Origin: Vicugna vicugna
Taxonomy: Eukaryota
Length of the DNA stretch: 64,000 nucleotides
Direction of reading: 5' to 3'
NCBI GenBank assembly: GCA_013265495.1
Contig: MU057887.1
Coordinates: forward strand, 3,321,576 to 3,385,575
Positions 33,570-46,789 of the stretch are shown here, in pieces. How positions within the stretch are numbered: the first letter of the stretch is position 1; every line of letters begins with the position of its first letter. The position numbers and the translations under genes are program-made. The notes below the pieces were generated by a model that was not told the origin of the DNA, ran no database searches, and saw only the letters and a program-made list of their open reading frames with translations.

Positions 33570-36015
33570 TTTTTGCTTAGTAGTTTGAAATAATTTTAGG
33601 TTCACGGAAGAGTTCAAAAGACAGCACAGAGAGTTCTGTACACCCTTCACCGGCTTCCTGCAACGTTAACGCGTCTCAAATGCGTTAAAATTGGATCATG
33701 GGTAAGTGGTAGAGACACTGAAACTAAGAAACCGACACCGACGCTCGTCTGTGACCAGTGGAGGACTTAGCGCTTCACCAGACCTCACCTGCTTCCCCTC
33801 GACGCCCCTCCTGTGCCGGGATCTGGTCCAGGACGCCAGGGCACGGTCGTCATGAGTTAGTGACCCTTATCCCTAGTCACCTCCAATCTTCAGCGGTATC
33901 TTCGTCTTTCTCGTGTATTGTGACCCGGACGCTTTTGGAGAGTGTGGTCACGTGTTCTGTAGAATGTGCCACAGTTCGTACTTCTCCGGTATTTTCCCGG
34001 TTACACTGGCACTGGGGTCTTGGGGGGTGTCACAGAGGTGAAGTGGCCCTCTCTCTCACCGTACTGGGGGTACAGGAGGTCACGACTCTTCTCTTTCCCT
34101 GCTCTGTTTGTTAGAAGAGAGCCACTGAGTCCAACCCACGCTCAAGGGGAGGAGAGTTAAGCTCCACTTCCTGGAGGAAAGCGCATCCCGTACTTGGCGG
34201 TCACACGCTAAAGCCACTGCAGTCATTAATAAACACCTCGGGGGAGACACTTTGAGGCTACGTGACCACCTTGTTTCTCCCTAACGCCCCCTGCTGGTTT
34301 CAGCATCCACCTGTGGCTCACTCCTGCAGGAACTAGTACCGTGGCGTTCCGACTTTTCCTTTTATTGTCTGGAGTTTTTAAACAAGAAGTGTTTGTCTGT
34401 TTCATTCATTTATTTATTTATGGGGTCATTTATTTACATCTGTGTGGCCTCGTGGACATTTATTGTATCTGGGGGGCTATAAATCAATTCTATCGTTGAG
34501 TGTTTGGAAGGTCTGTCAGGTTGGCCTCTGCATCGCTGGTGCCCTCCCACCTTTTTTCCAGCTGTTGCAGATTCTGGGGCACCACAAGGTGCCCCCGGTT
34601 TGCTGTGCGTTTTCCTGGCCACAGCCCTAGAATCAGCCGTTTCTCAGGGAGCCCTAGTTCCCTTCCTCGTGAATGGTGTTTAGAAACCAAGACCACAGCA
34701 CTCAGTGTGCTCACGGCCACCGGGAGGCACTGCTTCCAAATCATCTCAGGGGACAGAGCTGGGTTTTGTGCACACAGTCCGGCTGCCTGCCTGTGCGTGC
34801 ACGCGTGCGAGTGCTGCTCTCCTGTGTCTCGTGTTTCAGACCCACAGTCCATTCTGGTCTTCCTCTTGCTCAGCTGTCACTCCCTTCTCTGACGGCGAGA
34901 CGGCCACGGTCGCTGACTCACCGGCTCAGCCCTGCGCTCGCAGCTGCAGAGTTGCTGCTGCATCCCGGGAGAAACCAGCTCACCGCCTGAGCACAGGGTC
35001 AACACCAGTTCTCTGTCTTTACTTTCGTACTTCCCGACCGAAACACCCTTCCTAAAACGACTGTGACGGGCCCCTTCCCTGCCCGCCCCGCAGCACGTTT
35101 AGATCAGGCATGCTTAACACAGTTAGACTCCCTTGTCCAGGTCTGCGCTTCATCCGGGTGCCCCCCCACCTGCTGGGTGATTTAGTTTCACAACGTAAAA
35201 CTCACGTTGTCCTATGGGTTTTGACGATGTGTAGAACCGTGTGCGCGCCACCGCAGTAGCACACAGAGCAGCTCCGATACCCTAAACGTGATCTTCTGTG
35301 TCCCCTTTGCAGTCAGTCCTATCCCCTCCCCAAACTCTGACAACCATCGGCACGTCTCCCGTTCCAACGTTTCGCCTGCTGCAGAGCGTCGTGCAAGTGC
35401 GATCAGACAGCAGGTGGCCGTCTGGGTCTGGCCCTGCCGCGCAGCAAGACGCGCTCCCGGCCGGCCGTGCTGCTGCGTGGGGCAGCTTGCCTCCCTGTTC
35501 TTTGCTGAGAGGCCTTCCACTGCAAGGACCACCAGGGGTTGTTTATTCAGTCTCCTGCTAAAGGACGTCTTGGCTGCTTTCAGTTTTTAGCAATCATGAA
35601 CAAAGCTGCTAAAAACACCCGCGCTCAAGTTTTCTTGTAAATGCACGTTTTCAACTGGGGTAGATTCCTGAGAGTTGACTTCTTGTTTGTGGGGTAGCCG
35701 ATGCCCAGCTCTAGAAGGACTTGCCCGACCACCTCCAAGGGGGCTGGGCCGCTGTGCGCCCCCCCCAGTGGAGGGAGCCCCTGTCCCGCCACCCCCGGGC
35801 CAGCACGCGGCACGCCCGCAACCTGCCCCTCAGGCCGGGCACCCAGCGGGGGGGGGGGGGGCGCAGCCTCACTGTGTGTGGCCTCACCTCTCGCTCCCTA
35901 AGGGGCGACGACTTGAGGGTCCTTCCACGTGCTCGTCTGACGTCAGTACATCTTCTTTTGAGAAGTGTCTGTTCAGATGCTCTTCCCACTTTTAAAAACT
36001 GGGTTGTTTGTTGAG
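33570..36015 (-). mobile_element. L1MC/L1MD-type 3' region, antisense
   Basis: tttgaaataattttaggttcacggaagagttcaaaagacagcacagagagttc; gaatggtgtttagaaaccaagacc; cagtttttagcaatcatgaacaaagctgct; tcttttgagaagtgtctgttcagat. Confidence 0.85.
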
Positions 36016-36697
36016 CTGGTCTTTGTGAGCACCTCTGACCGCAGCTGGCTCATTACTTCAAAAGGCTGCAACCAACAACTCGGACCTTTAAAGAGATCCT
36101 CCTGGAGAGAAGTCTTCTCTCCTTCATGCTCAGTTTTCTGACCCGGGCTTGGGTCTGATTCCCCACAGAACGACTCAAAGGGCGGCCCCTTCAGCCCGTG
36201 AATGCAGCTCCAGCCTGGCGAGCCCACTGGCCAACGGAGCTCCGACCCCCCACCCAACCTAATCCCACCCTCTGCCTCCCCGCTTCCGCTCCTCCATCGC
36301 CACCTGGAATTCAGGCCTGTGCTGGCCTGAAGCAGGGTCTACTCTTCTTTCCCAGGAGCTGGCCGGTTCTTCAAAGATCCCGCGTCGGCTGCCCGTCCTT
36401 CTCCCACCACCTGCACCGTGTGAAGCAGGACCTGCCTCCAGGCGACGCTGGCAGTGATGCGGGTCTGGGCGTCTGGTCCTGCGTTGGCACCGCTGTGTTA
36501 ACTGAAAGTAAACTAATCTAGACAGTTCTGTTTCCCTAAGAATCCGACTAAATCACTGATTTCCCTTCTTTTGTTTAAACCACCAGACTCGGGAACCAAA
36601 GCAGGGCTGATGGATTTCTTCTGGCTCCAACAAGGACACCCCAAGGGTGTGCGTGTTCAGGAGACAACATGAAATTAAGCACCTTTGTCACAGGGCA

Positions 36698-36880
36698 CTT
36701 TTTTTTTAATTTTTATTGAAGTGTAGTCGATTCGCAGTATGCGTTTCAGGCGTCCAGCAAAGTGAGTCAGTCGTACACACACACACATTTTCAGATTCTC
36801 CTCCTTTATAGGTCATTACGAGAAACTGAATCTAGTTCCCTGTGCTGCACAGCAGGCCCTCGTCGTTTACCTGTTTTAAA
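36698..36880 (-). mobile_element. Short cetartiodactyl-type L1 3' end
   Basis: tttttattgaagtgtagtcgatt...ttttcagattctcctcctttataggtcattacgagaaactgaatctagttccctgtgctgcacag. Confidence 0.85.
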
Positions 36881-38441
36881 CAGCCGTTGTGGAAGGCCAT
36901 CCGCCTGCCTCTGCCCCTCCTCCTGTGCCACAGGGACCAAAGGCCCGGGAGTCCCCACCCCCAGACTCTTCGCAGGCGGAAGTGACAAGCTCTGCCAAGC
37001 TCCGATGCATCGGGGTGCATGCGAAGGTGGAAACCAGGGTTTGGTTTCTGCTGACCAGCGCCGTGGGGTAGGCACAGGGTTCCTGCGGCTTCCTGAACAG
37101 AGGTTCCGGTGCCGGGTCGCTGGCTCCATGGGTGTCCGAGGCAGGGCACGGTGCACAGGGCTCTTCTGGTCCAGGGCCCAGTGGTCTTCGCATCAGAGCC
37201 TGGCGGACCTCGAGCCACAGCTACGAAAGCACGTTCCTGGAGCCAGCGACGTAACCGGGGGGGGGGGGGGTTCTCACCACGCCATCGGCAGGCCACGTGA
37301 GGATTGTTCTAGAAATCATTCAAGGAGGGCTTAGCACCCTGCTCCCCGACTCCCCAATGGTTTTGTAAGCACGGGATCCTCTGTTTCACATTTTTTTCCC
37401 AACCAAGATGACGGCGTGGTTTTGTTGCCTGTAACTGAGTCCTTGCCGAGGCTGTCACGGTGGGGACGGCGGACTCCTGGCGGCCACGGACACTTTCCCA
37501 GTTCCGGGGCAGCTGCACAAGAAAGGTGAGCGTCAGCTATCTGCGGCTCAGCAAGGAGGTGGCTCTTCCGCTGTCAGAGGGGCCCAGAGCTCCACAGCAG
37601 CACTCTGTCATCTCATGATTAGCGCTCGTGGAAATAAAAGCAGCCCTGGGAAGCCCGGAAGTCGTGACGTGAAGAGGACGGGCACACCGAGAACCTTGCA
37701 AACGGTGCACACTGTGCTCTGTGGTCCGTTCTCGGCCCTGGAAGACAAGACCCCCCCCCCGGTACACACCCCTGCCTCTGCCTCCAGCCTTCACAGCTCC
37801 GAGACCACCTAAGCGGAGTCCCACGCGGCCCCAGCCCGGCCCACGTCCACCTTCCAGGCCCCACGTGAGCAGGTGGTCCAGGTGGGTGCCGTCGGGCCCG
37901 GGAGAGCAACGCCGCCAGCAGGGACACGTGTCGGGGCAGGAAGGGCAGTGTGCCCGGAGCCGGGCCCCCGGGCGCAGGGCCTGCGTGTAGGAGCGTTGGC
38001 GGTGGGAGAGAGCTTGACGTGTGCAGCGCATGGCAGGGTCCAGAACAGGCGACTGACGTGTCAGGCGTAGGACCAGCCTGCCCAGGAGAGCGGGCCCGAG
38101 AGCCAGGGTCCAGGTTTCACCCCCGTCACCGACCAGCATCGGCGTGGGGGTGACCTTGGGTCGTCGCGGTTTGAGAACTGCCTCCGTGCCCTTCCGGGGG
38201 ACGTGGGGGCAGGCTCGCCTTCCCTGGCACCCCCCGCCCCCGACCCCGCCCCACCCTCCATGCACTTCTCTGCCCCCTCCGGGCCCTTGCTCAACTCTCC
38301 CCTGCAAAGTCAGCGTTTGTCCTGGAAGGACAGCGAGCCGTGGCCGCCTCCCTCACATCCACGGCCACGGGCAGCGCCACCCAGCTCAGCGAGCTCGCAA
38401 AGCGCCCAGCAGGTGCGCTGACCGCCGGCTCAAGTTCGCTT

Positions 38442-39097
38442 CACAGGACCACCCGGCGCCAGAGCTGCAAGGAGCGGGCCGGCAGCCAGTGGCCTGTGCT
38501 GTGTCAGCTGGGGGCTGGGGTTGGTCAGGGACGCACTGCCTTGGTTTTCGTCTCCTTCACCCTTTGTGACAAACTTCAGGTCTCGCATATATGCTAGTAC
38601 TCGCAGCCAGTGGGGGGGGAGGAACCTCGCCCTGCGAGTGGAGGGCTTGTCCGCGCCGCGGGGCAGGGGGCCGAAGGGACCCCGAGGGCCAGGAAGCGCT
38701 GCCGGCCGCGCCCAGCCTCTGCAGAAACACCCCGAAAGTCCGGTTGCAGCTGGATGTCTCAGTTCTCCCCTTTGGGAGTTAAAGGTGCGACTCCTCCACT
38801 GGGCGAGGCGTTGGTGCTTCCTCGCGGGGGAGGAGCAGGTCGTGGGGGGGAGGGGCACGGGGAGGGGCGGGGGCCGCACACCCGGCAGAGAGAGGAGACT
38901 TCTGAAATACTGCAGCGAAACACAAACAGCGCGAAAGTAGCTGAAAGACAGAGTCTGGGCGTTGACACAGGAGGACGCGTCCTCTGGCACCACGTGTGGC
39001 GCCTGCTCAGGTCCCCGCGCAGCAGCTTTGAGGACAAACCCAGCCGCGCACGGCTGCCGGCCCGCTCCTTGCAGCTCTGGCGCCAGGTGGTCCTGTG
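38442..39097. repeat. 46-bp inverted repeat pair (38442-38487 and 39052-39097), 45/46 identical
   Basis: cacaggaccacc[c/t]ggcgccagagctgcaaggagcgggccggcagcc and its reverse complement. Confidence 0.9.
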
Positions 39098-39439
39098 CGC
39101 AACGGCGGCTCCCACGCGGTCCCCCGGGGCGGACGCGGCGCTGCGGCCCGGCTGAGAGGGCCGACTGAACCCGGGGAAGAGCGGGCAGGCTCGTTCAAAC
39201 TGCAGACCTTCATAAATTCGCACGTAAACCGCGCTCCCCGGGCGGCTGGCCGCACTCCTGTCTTGCTTTTCTTTTCTGCAGGCGACGCCCTGAATCTGCG
39301 CAGCTCCCCCCGTGCACCAGTGGCTCTCGCCCCTAAAGCTTGTCTGTAAGTTGTAGCTGGTCCTTGAAAGACATTTTCCTATAGAAATGGCATAAATGGT
39401 ATTCCCACTACACACAAAAAACTTTCAACATAGGGAAAC

Positions 39440-39860
39440 TCCAGTAGTGCCACCGGCAGCAGCGTGGACGGACCCAGAGCTGCTCATGCTGAGCGAGGTC
39501 AGCCAGACAGAGGCAGTGTCACCTGCGTCACTCATGTGCAGAATCTAAAACAAATGAAACAGAAACTGAGTCCCAAACAGAAAACAGACCTGTGGCCACC
39601 AAAGGAGAAAGGCGGGGGGTAAACTGGGAGTCTGGGGTTGGCAGATACACACTTCCCTGCATGAAGCAGAGAAGCAGCAAGAACGCGCTGTGCAGCCCAG
39701 GGAGCTGCAGCCCACATCTTGTAAAAACCCACAACGGAAAAGGAGATGGAAAGGAACACACACGCACAGCTGAGTCGCTGTGCTGCGCACCAGGAACTGA
39801 CACTACGTTGTAAATCGACTGTACTTCCATTTTTTTTAATTAATTTAAAAAAAGAAAAAG
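39440..39860 (+). mobile_element. Cetartiodactyl-type L1 3' end
   Basis: gcagcagcgtggacggacccagag...tcactcatgtgcagaatctaaaa...gcaccaggaactgacactacgttgtaaatcgactgtacttc plus A-rich tail. Confidence 0.85.
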
Positions 39861-41099
39861 TTCCGATCTTTACTCCGTTGTGTAATTATCGGGAGGCCTT
39901 GTTGGTGGGTTACAGCGGTCCGGCCACCACAGCCAGAAGAGGGCTCGAGGGCCCGCTTCGCCACGCCACCCCCGATGCCCGGAATGACCTGCACCCTCGT
40001 GGTGCCTCGGTTTGCGCTGTTAGCAGCTCCCGACTTGTTCCTCAGGTAGCTCCGTGCCGGGTCGGGATCTGAGCAGAGACCGGGAGGGCGACCGCGGGCT
40101 GGGATGAAGAGCAAAGGCAGGGACAGAAAAGGATACGCAGCAGGGAGGCTGAGCGGGAACGCGGTGGGCGGGGCTGTGAGGGCTTTGGGCCCGAGCTCGG
40201 GCTGGACCTCACCCTGCCTGGGATGGGGTTTGAGGGGAGCAGGAGGGTGGGGCCAGCGCTGGAAAGTTTAGACCCAGGTGCACACGGGCGATGGCCAGGT
40301 CAGAGGCCAAGGGACAGGAGGAAGGCGCTTCGAAGCCCCCGTGCACCCCGGGCCAGGGGGGGAGGTGCAGGGCAAGAGGCTGGTGGACTGCAGGCGTTAC
40401 GAAGTCCTCTCGGGACAGGGTGGCCGTGGTGGGGGAGCAGGGGCCGGCGGTGCCCTCCAGCTCTCAGCCGTGGTCCCGGGTGGTCAGTGCCCTCCGGGAG
40501 CCTGGGAACCCAGTGGGGAGCAGAGTCCTGAGTGGACGGATTAGGACCCCGCTGGTCACACGGGCTCAAGAAGGGACCCAACCCAGGTGGTGAGGGACCT
40601 GCCGGTGACGGGACAAGCAGAGACAAGGGAAGTTGGAAAACTCCATGCCTGCGGGCAGGAAGGAGGGGAGGTGGCCGAGGCGGCCCAGGGATGGCCCTGG
40701 GAGGGGAAGGGGACTTGCGGCCATCTGCAGTTTGGTTCTGTCTTCCAGTGAGATTGGAAGAGGACACAGGAGGGAAATTCTGCCAAAGGCTTTGTTTTAA
40801 TTAAGGGCGGGGCAAGGACAGGAACCACAGACACGGTGAGGAAGGGTGCCTGAGGACGCAGGAGATGCGCTGACACGGTGAGCTCCGCAGGGGAGGGGCG
40901 GCTCCCGCAGACCAAGGGTCCCGGGAGGAGGGCCTGCAGGGCCCCTGCGTCGCAATCCGGTGCTGTGGGCAGGGCTCCTGGCTGCCTGTTTGGATCCAGC
41001 CAGGAGGCTGCAGGGGGCGTGGAGGGAAGACGGGGATCTGATGCCCCCACGGAAGCAAAAGGACAGAGACGGACGTGTCTGATGAACCACTGAGCCTGA

Positions 41100-42960
41100 G
41101 GGTCAGCGTGCCCCGTGAACTTCCGGTGTCGCCATGTGGCTGGACGGTGGCTGTTGTCACCTGTTCTCCGCTGACGGAGTCCCCACCACCTGTGTCCTGG
41201 GCAGCCATGGGCATCACGGCCACCACACACACGCTTCCAGAAACACCCATATACGCCGTGAATCATTTTCTGCTGCACTTGCTGTGTGTGTGATGGTCTC
41301 AAGCGGGTGACTGCTGCGTGTGAGTGCACCATTTTTGCAAACCCCCTACCGACCAAAACACTCTCGGAGAGGACGGCGTGGTGACATTCAAGAGGATCAG
41401 GACGGAAGCGTGTGGTAGGATTTTCCCGATCGCCTTCCAAAACGCCCACACCACTTAAATTTACCTGCGTGGCGTGACAGTGCCCTTCTCCTGCCAGAGA
41501 GAGGCGTTCTTGTCCCTTCTTCAGTCCGAAGAGCACGAAACGTGGTATTTCTTTATCTGCACTTCTCTGAATAATCACCTCAGACGCGCGCTGGCTCGTT
41601 GGCTCGCGCTCCGCAGCTTTCCAACAACACTATGTGCTCCTCGGATGTTACGAATAATCACCTTCCACTGTCACTTGCATTAAAAACACTTTAGCTGCGC
41701 ATTATTTTCTTACTGGCTTCATTTAAAACATCGTTTTGCCACCAAAAGACGTTCATGGCTATTTGGGCAAAAAAAAAATCTTTCTTTAATGGGTTTTTCA
41801 ATTCCTTGTTAAGAGTCATTCTCTCGTTTGCAGATTTGAGGTGAAACCAGCAAGACTGCCCTGCGGGTGTTCTGTCGTCACCACCAGCATGAGCACTCCG
41901 GTCAGGCCTGCGACTCGGGGCCGCTCGTCCATCTGGGGCAGCGCCTACACCTGCTGTGACGTGACCTCGTCTGCGGCCCCAGGCGGGGCCCGCTGAGCCC
42001 GCGGCGCGTCCTGCGCAGGGACGCCCTTCGCCCGCAAGCCGCACCTGTGATAGCCCGGCCTCTGCTCTCAGCCCCTTGTGCTCCCCCGGCCCTGCGCCGG
42101 ACGCGCTGGTCCAACCAGAGAGGCTCGGAGATGGGTTCTCGCTCCACGTCCGACAACGTGGGCAGTCCTGCTCTGCCCGGTTCCCTCGCCCGCCCGCGGG
42201 GTGTTCCTACCACACAGGCTGCGACCGTCAAACCGGGCGCCCGCTGGCCCGGTCAGCGTCACGCCAGATGCAGGACGGCCGGCAGGACCGGGGCCTCGGT
42301 GCTCAGCGGTGCCCCCGGGGCGGGCTGCCTTCCTGCCTTTGGATCTTGTTTTGTGTCCCTTCCCTTCCCTTTGGGCCTGGGGCTTTCATTTCCAAGAGAA
42401 CTCCCCACATTTGACAGCTTTCGCCGACGTCGTGAACAAAGCCCTTCCCTCTTTCCGTTTCCCGGCACTTCGTCTCCAGCGCAGGGGAGGCTGGCGATCT
42501 TCGTGAGCTTACCTCCTGCCGAGGTATCTCGCCGACGTGGTGTGGCCATTTCTTTCTAAGTCGGTCCTGGAGATTTGCGCCCTCCTGGGCTATCCGCCGT
42601 CTCAGCCAGGTTTCCACCTGTCGCTGTGCCGCTGTGCACGGAGCCCTGTGCAGACCCTCACTGACACCGCTGGTGCGGCCATTCCTTCTTTTAAAACCTG
42701 TAAAATGTGCGCGGTCTCACTCTTAGTCTTCCTTCATTAGATTTGCTAGATGTTTATCTACTCTATTAGTCTTTTAGAAGAAATAGTTACTTAGTTTTTT
42801 ATAAAATCTAGTCAACACATCTCTTCCAATGCTCCCCGCGCCCCCTTCGGCTCCCCTGGGCTTCCTAACACCTTTGCGTTTGCTTTGTCACCTGATTTCT
42901 ATCTTCTTGAGTTGAACTATTTGTTCACTCTATTTTGTTTTTCCGTCTTTGAACTCTAAG
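41100..42960 (-). mobile_element. Fragmented ancient L1, antisense (main pieces ~41100-41600 and ~42200-42960)
   Basis: gtggtatttctttatctgcacttctctgaataat; tttgctagatgtttatctactctattagtcttttagaagaaatagttacttagtttt. Confidence 0.5.
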
Positions 42961-43779
42961 TGTTGAAAACCGGATTTCTCTGAGCACAGGTTGCCTGGGT
43001 GGGCGGGTGCGGGAACCGGCTGCTTCTACCATCTGATCACAAGTGCTGCCCGCGGGAGCGCCGACGCCCTGAACGCTGGGGCAGGACTTCGACGGGGTGG
43101 GGGGGCGGTAATGGGCCCCTTGCCCCCCAGCTCGGGGCGGGGTGGGGCGCAGTTCCCAGGGCGGACACCAGAGGGCGCGCTCGTGCCCAGGGCTGGGCGG
43201 GCAGAGGCGCTCTGGGCAGGGACCTCGCTCGGGGGAAGACGCGCTCTGGGACCGCGGGCCCGAGGGTGTCAGCTCCACTGCTGGTCCCGCTCCCGCCGCC
43301 GGAACACAGTGGGCACGGGGGCAGCCGGGCTTCTGCCGGCAGCTCCTCGGACCAGACGCCCAGCACTTTCCCAAAAGAGACTATCATTTAAAATGACCAC
43401 CTTCTTTTTCCAATAAGATCTATAAGAAAATAAGATGCTTTGGGGTGGGAACTTCCAAGTGGCTCAGACCCCCTCCCACTCGCTCCCATCCTACAGAGCG
43501 TGAGTTCACTGTGGTGAGAAGCTGGTCAAGCGTCCGCTGCGTGGAACTGAGATTTTTCTCTGGGCCCTTTTAGAGTTCATTTCCCCCCGGTGTTTCGTGG
43601 ACCCCGGGAGACTACGTGCATCTTTCGCCTTGTAAGGGAAACTGCATGTAACTTACATCATTGCGTCGCTTGCCTGCTTTTGTCTGTCCCCTACCTGCAG
43701 TATGACAGGCATGAGAACAGGAGATGTCACCTGCCTTATTCAGGATTATGTCCCCAGTCACTAGACAGCTTCCTACACA

Positions 43780-45520
43780 AAGTAACTGTCTCCTAAATAA
43801 CGGTGGAAAGACAGCAAAACTCATTCTCGCCAACAAAACTGTCGCAGTGCCAGGCGTCCAATCAGAAATTACGCAGGAAACTGTCACCTGTAACTTCCAG
43901 AGGAATCAGTCGATGGCAAAATACCCAGAAATGACAAAGATGCTGTAATTTGCAGACAAGGACCTTAAAACAGCTATTATAAATGTGCTTAAGGATTTAA
44001 TAAAACACATGGTCATAATGAACAGAAAGACAGAAACTATAAAGAAGAGACAAATGAGACTATTTCTGGGAAAAACACAACCGCAGTGACTAATACACTG
44101 GATGGAGTTATGAGCAAATTAAACACAGCAGAAGCAAATAAATTGATCCTGAAAACACAGCAGTAGCAACTATCCTGAGGAAAGCAAAAAGAAAGAGCAG
44201 CACTGAGAGAAAGCAATGGAGCCTCCGGTGCCCGTGGTAGTATCTGTCCGTCTAGAACACCCGTAGCTGGAATCCCCAGAAATGGGGATAACGGAAGACA
44301 TTTGAAGAAGTAAGAGCTCCCTTCTAAATCTGGTGAAAACTTTGAACTCCCACCTAAAGCAAATCGCTGGAAAACACCCTCACTGGCCCAACGTGGAGCA
44401 ATGAGACTCAGAAAGAAAGCTGGCTGCGACAGGCTGAGATTCCTCAAGCGCGTGAAGGGCACACGTGGCGACGCCCAGAAGTGCGTCCGTCTGGTCAGAC
44501 GTGAGGAGGCTGCTGGAGCCAGCGCCTCACCTGGAAAACAAAGAGAAGGAGGTCCAGTCGGAAGAGACCCGTTTCTTCAGCAAACCGACGGCTCCTGAGG
44601 GAGGATGAGCTGCCGTACGCAACACGTGCCTGAAAAAGCGCAGTGACCAAACTCAGAGAGCGAACCAGCTGTGAACACAGCCGTGCGGACAGCGGGAGAC
44701 CCTGATTATGGACTGAAAATCACAGGACTTCAAAGGGGCGTGTGGCCTTCCGCAGGCGTGATAACGGCATTGCGGCTTTTGCGACTGATGGATGGACGGG
44801 TGGACGGACAGGTAAAGACAGGTGTGTGTGTGCATATCCTTTTAGGTGAGGTGGGTGATGAAGTATGTGTGGTGAGATGCTACAATGTCCAGAATATGCT
44901 TTAAACTATTTGAGAAAAATCCTTGAAGAAACAGATGACGAAATGTTGGCACAGTATTTTTTAAGTGGGGTGGTCTGTATATTGTGTCTATAGTACCAGC
45001 CTCTCTTCTCTGGGAAATCTTCTGCAGTAAAAAGTTAAAATAGTTTGTTGAATAAAAGAATGAATGAATGAATGTTCCACAAGGCTGTGCAGGGATGTTC
45101 ACCCTGAATATAAATAATTAGGTGGCGACTAACAATCAGAAACGAACATTTTAAAACAATAGTACAAAAATATGACACACTTAGGAATATATTTAACATA
45201 ATGTGTGCAAGACCTGTACATTGAAAACCACCAAATATTGCTACAAAATGAGCCAGATTCTTGGATTAGAAGACTCAATAGTGTGAAGATCTCAATTCTC
45301 CTCGAATTTATCTATAGATTCAATGCAATTCCGGACATACTCAGCAGCAGTTTTTTTTTTTTTTTGACAAGTTGAAATTAAAGCTGATACAGAAGTGAAA
45401 AGGACCTAGAACACTAAGACAGTCTTTCAAAAGAACAGCAAATTTGGAGAGTTTTCATTATATGATTTCAAGACTTAATACAAAGCTATAAAAGTCAAGA
45501 ACGCACGGTGTTGAACGAAC
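43780..45520 (+). mobile_element. Ancient L1 fragments (ORF1 region, 3' UTR piece, ORF2 piece)
   Basis: gcagacaaggaccttaaaacagctattataaatgtgcttaagga (L1M ORF1-like); ggattagaagactcaatagtgtgaagatctcaattctcctcgaatttatctatagattcaatgcaattcc (ORF2). Confidence 0.8.
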
Positions 45521-46427
45521 TGTTAATACAGATTAGTTATCTAATGACTGCTAGTGTGTGTTGTACATTCTATTTTATAACATCAACATATATTTGTACT
45601 ATTACTCAAGTTTTATTGTATACTAAACTAGTTAATAAAAATTTGGTCATTTCTACTAGGAAAAATAAATAAATGAATAATTAGGAGTCAGGGAACATAA
45701 TCAGTCATTAAAACTTCTCTACTCAGCAAAAAATTGAAAAGGAAAGAAGATGCCATAGGAAGAATAAATTATTGCACTGAATGAATGAATGAAAATTAAG
45801 TGCATGACTTGTATCTGGAACCTTAGCTTCCTCTTCCACAAAACGAGTGTGTAGGACCAGATGGCGTCTAGTCTAATTCAGGTCATGCTCCCTTGATTCT
45901 AAAATGGAAAAGAAATGAAAGCTCTTTAAGAAACTTCCTTATGCATTAAGCCATTCAGGTGAATGAAGAAACCTTTAAAAAGGACAAAACAGCACAATCC
46001 AAGAAGTTTACATTGAAAATAATGGACGATGCCCAGGGGACAGGACATGACGCAGGAAACAGGCGCTGCGTCATGATGTGAATGAAAGTTACAGGTTAGG
46101 GTGGGGGCACAGTGTCTCCTGGGCCCCTGACGGTGGGGACCCGGTCTGCCCAGGGCCCGGGCTGCGGGCGCTCAGAGGGGGCACGCGGGGCAGAAACACG
46201 CACTGGGGCGGGAGACGCTCGCGGGGCGGGACTCCTGGCTGTTTGCTCAGCTCGGTGGACGCGGTGATGTTTGCCGAAGGAGGAGTGGGTGTCGGAGGGC
46301 ACAGGATCCTCGGCTCCCAAGGGATCTATTGATGGGGCTGAGTTTGCCTTGCTCAGAAAAGATTAAGTGGGCGCATGAAAAAGCCCTTCAAATATTTGAA
46401 GTATTTTCGAGTAGGAGAAACAGTTTT

Positions 46428-46430
<3 letters not shown>

Positions 46431-46464
<34 letters not shown>
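46431..46464. repeat. (GT)17 microsatellite
   Basis: Direct reading. Confidence 0.95.
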
Positions 46465-46466
<2 letters not shown>

Positions 46467-46757
46467 GCCAGGGGCTGACCTGAATTGTCAAGAAGACAGA
46501 AAGAGTCCAGATCGGTGTCCGGGTGGCACTTCTTTGTGCTTAGATGTGTGTTGTTACAGGTGGTTCTGACCACCCCACCCACGCAGCCATACCCGGGGCT
46601 GCTCGCGCGTTAGAGACAGCTCTCCCGGGGCCCACAGAGACTGAGAAGCCTGGAAAAAGAATTTGTTAGGGGAGATTCCAGGGCAGGTTCAAATGTCCAA
46701 CTTGGGATTCTGGGGTTCTCCCCGGAAAACGGGATTGTCAGGTGGAGGATTGTGTGT

Positions 46758-46760
<3 letters not shown>

Positions 46761-46788
<28 letters not shown>
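46761..46788. repeat. (AGAC)7 microsatellite
   Basis: Direct reading. Confidence 0.9.

Positions 46789-46789
<1 letters not shown>

Noticed and set aside
36020..36610. Possible old LTR
   Set aside because: No clear termini or TSD and no family I can recognise
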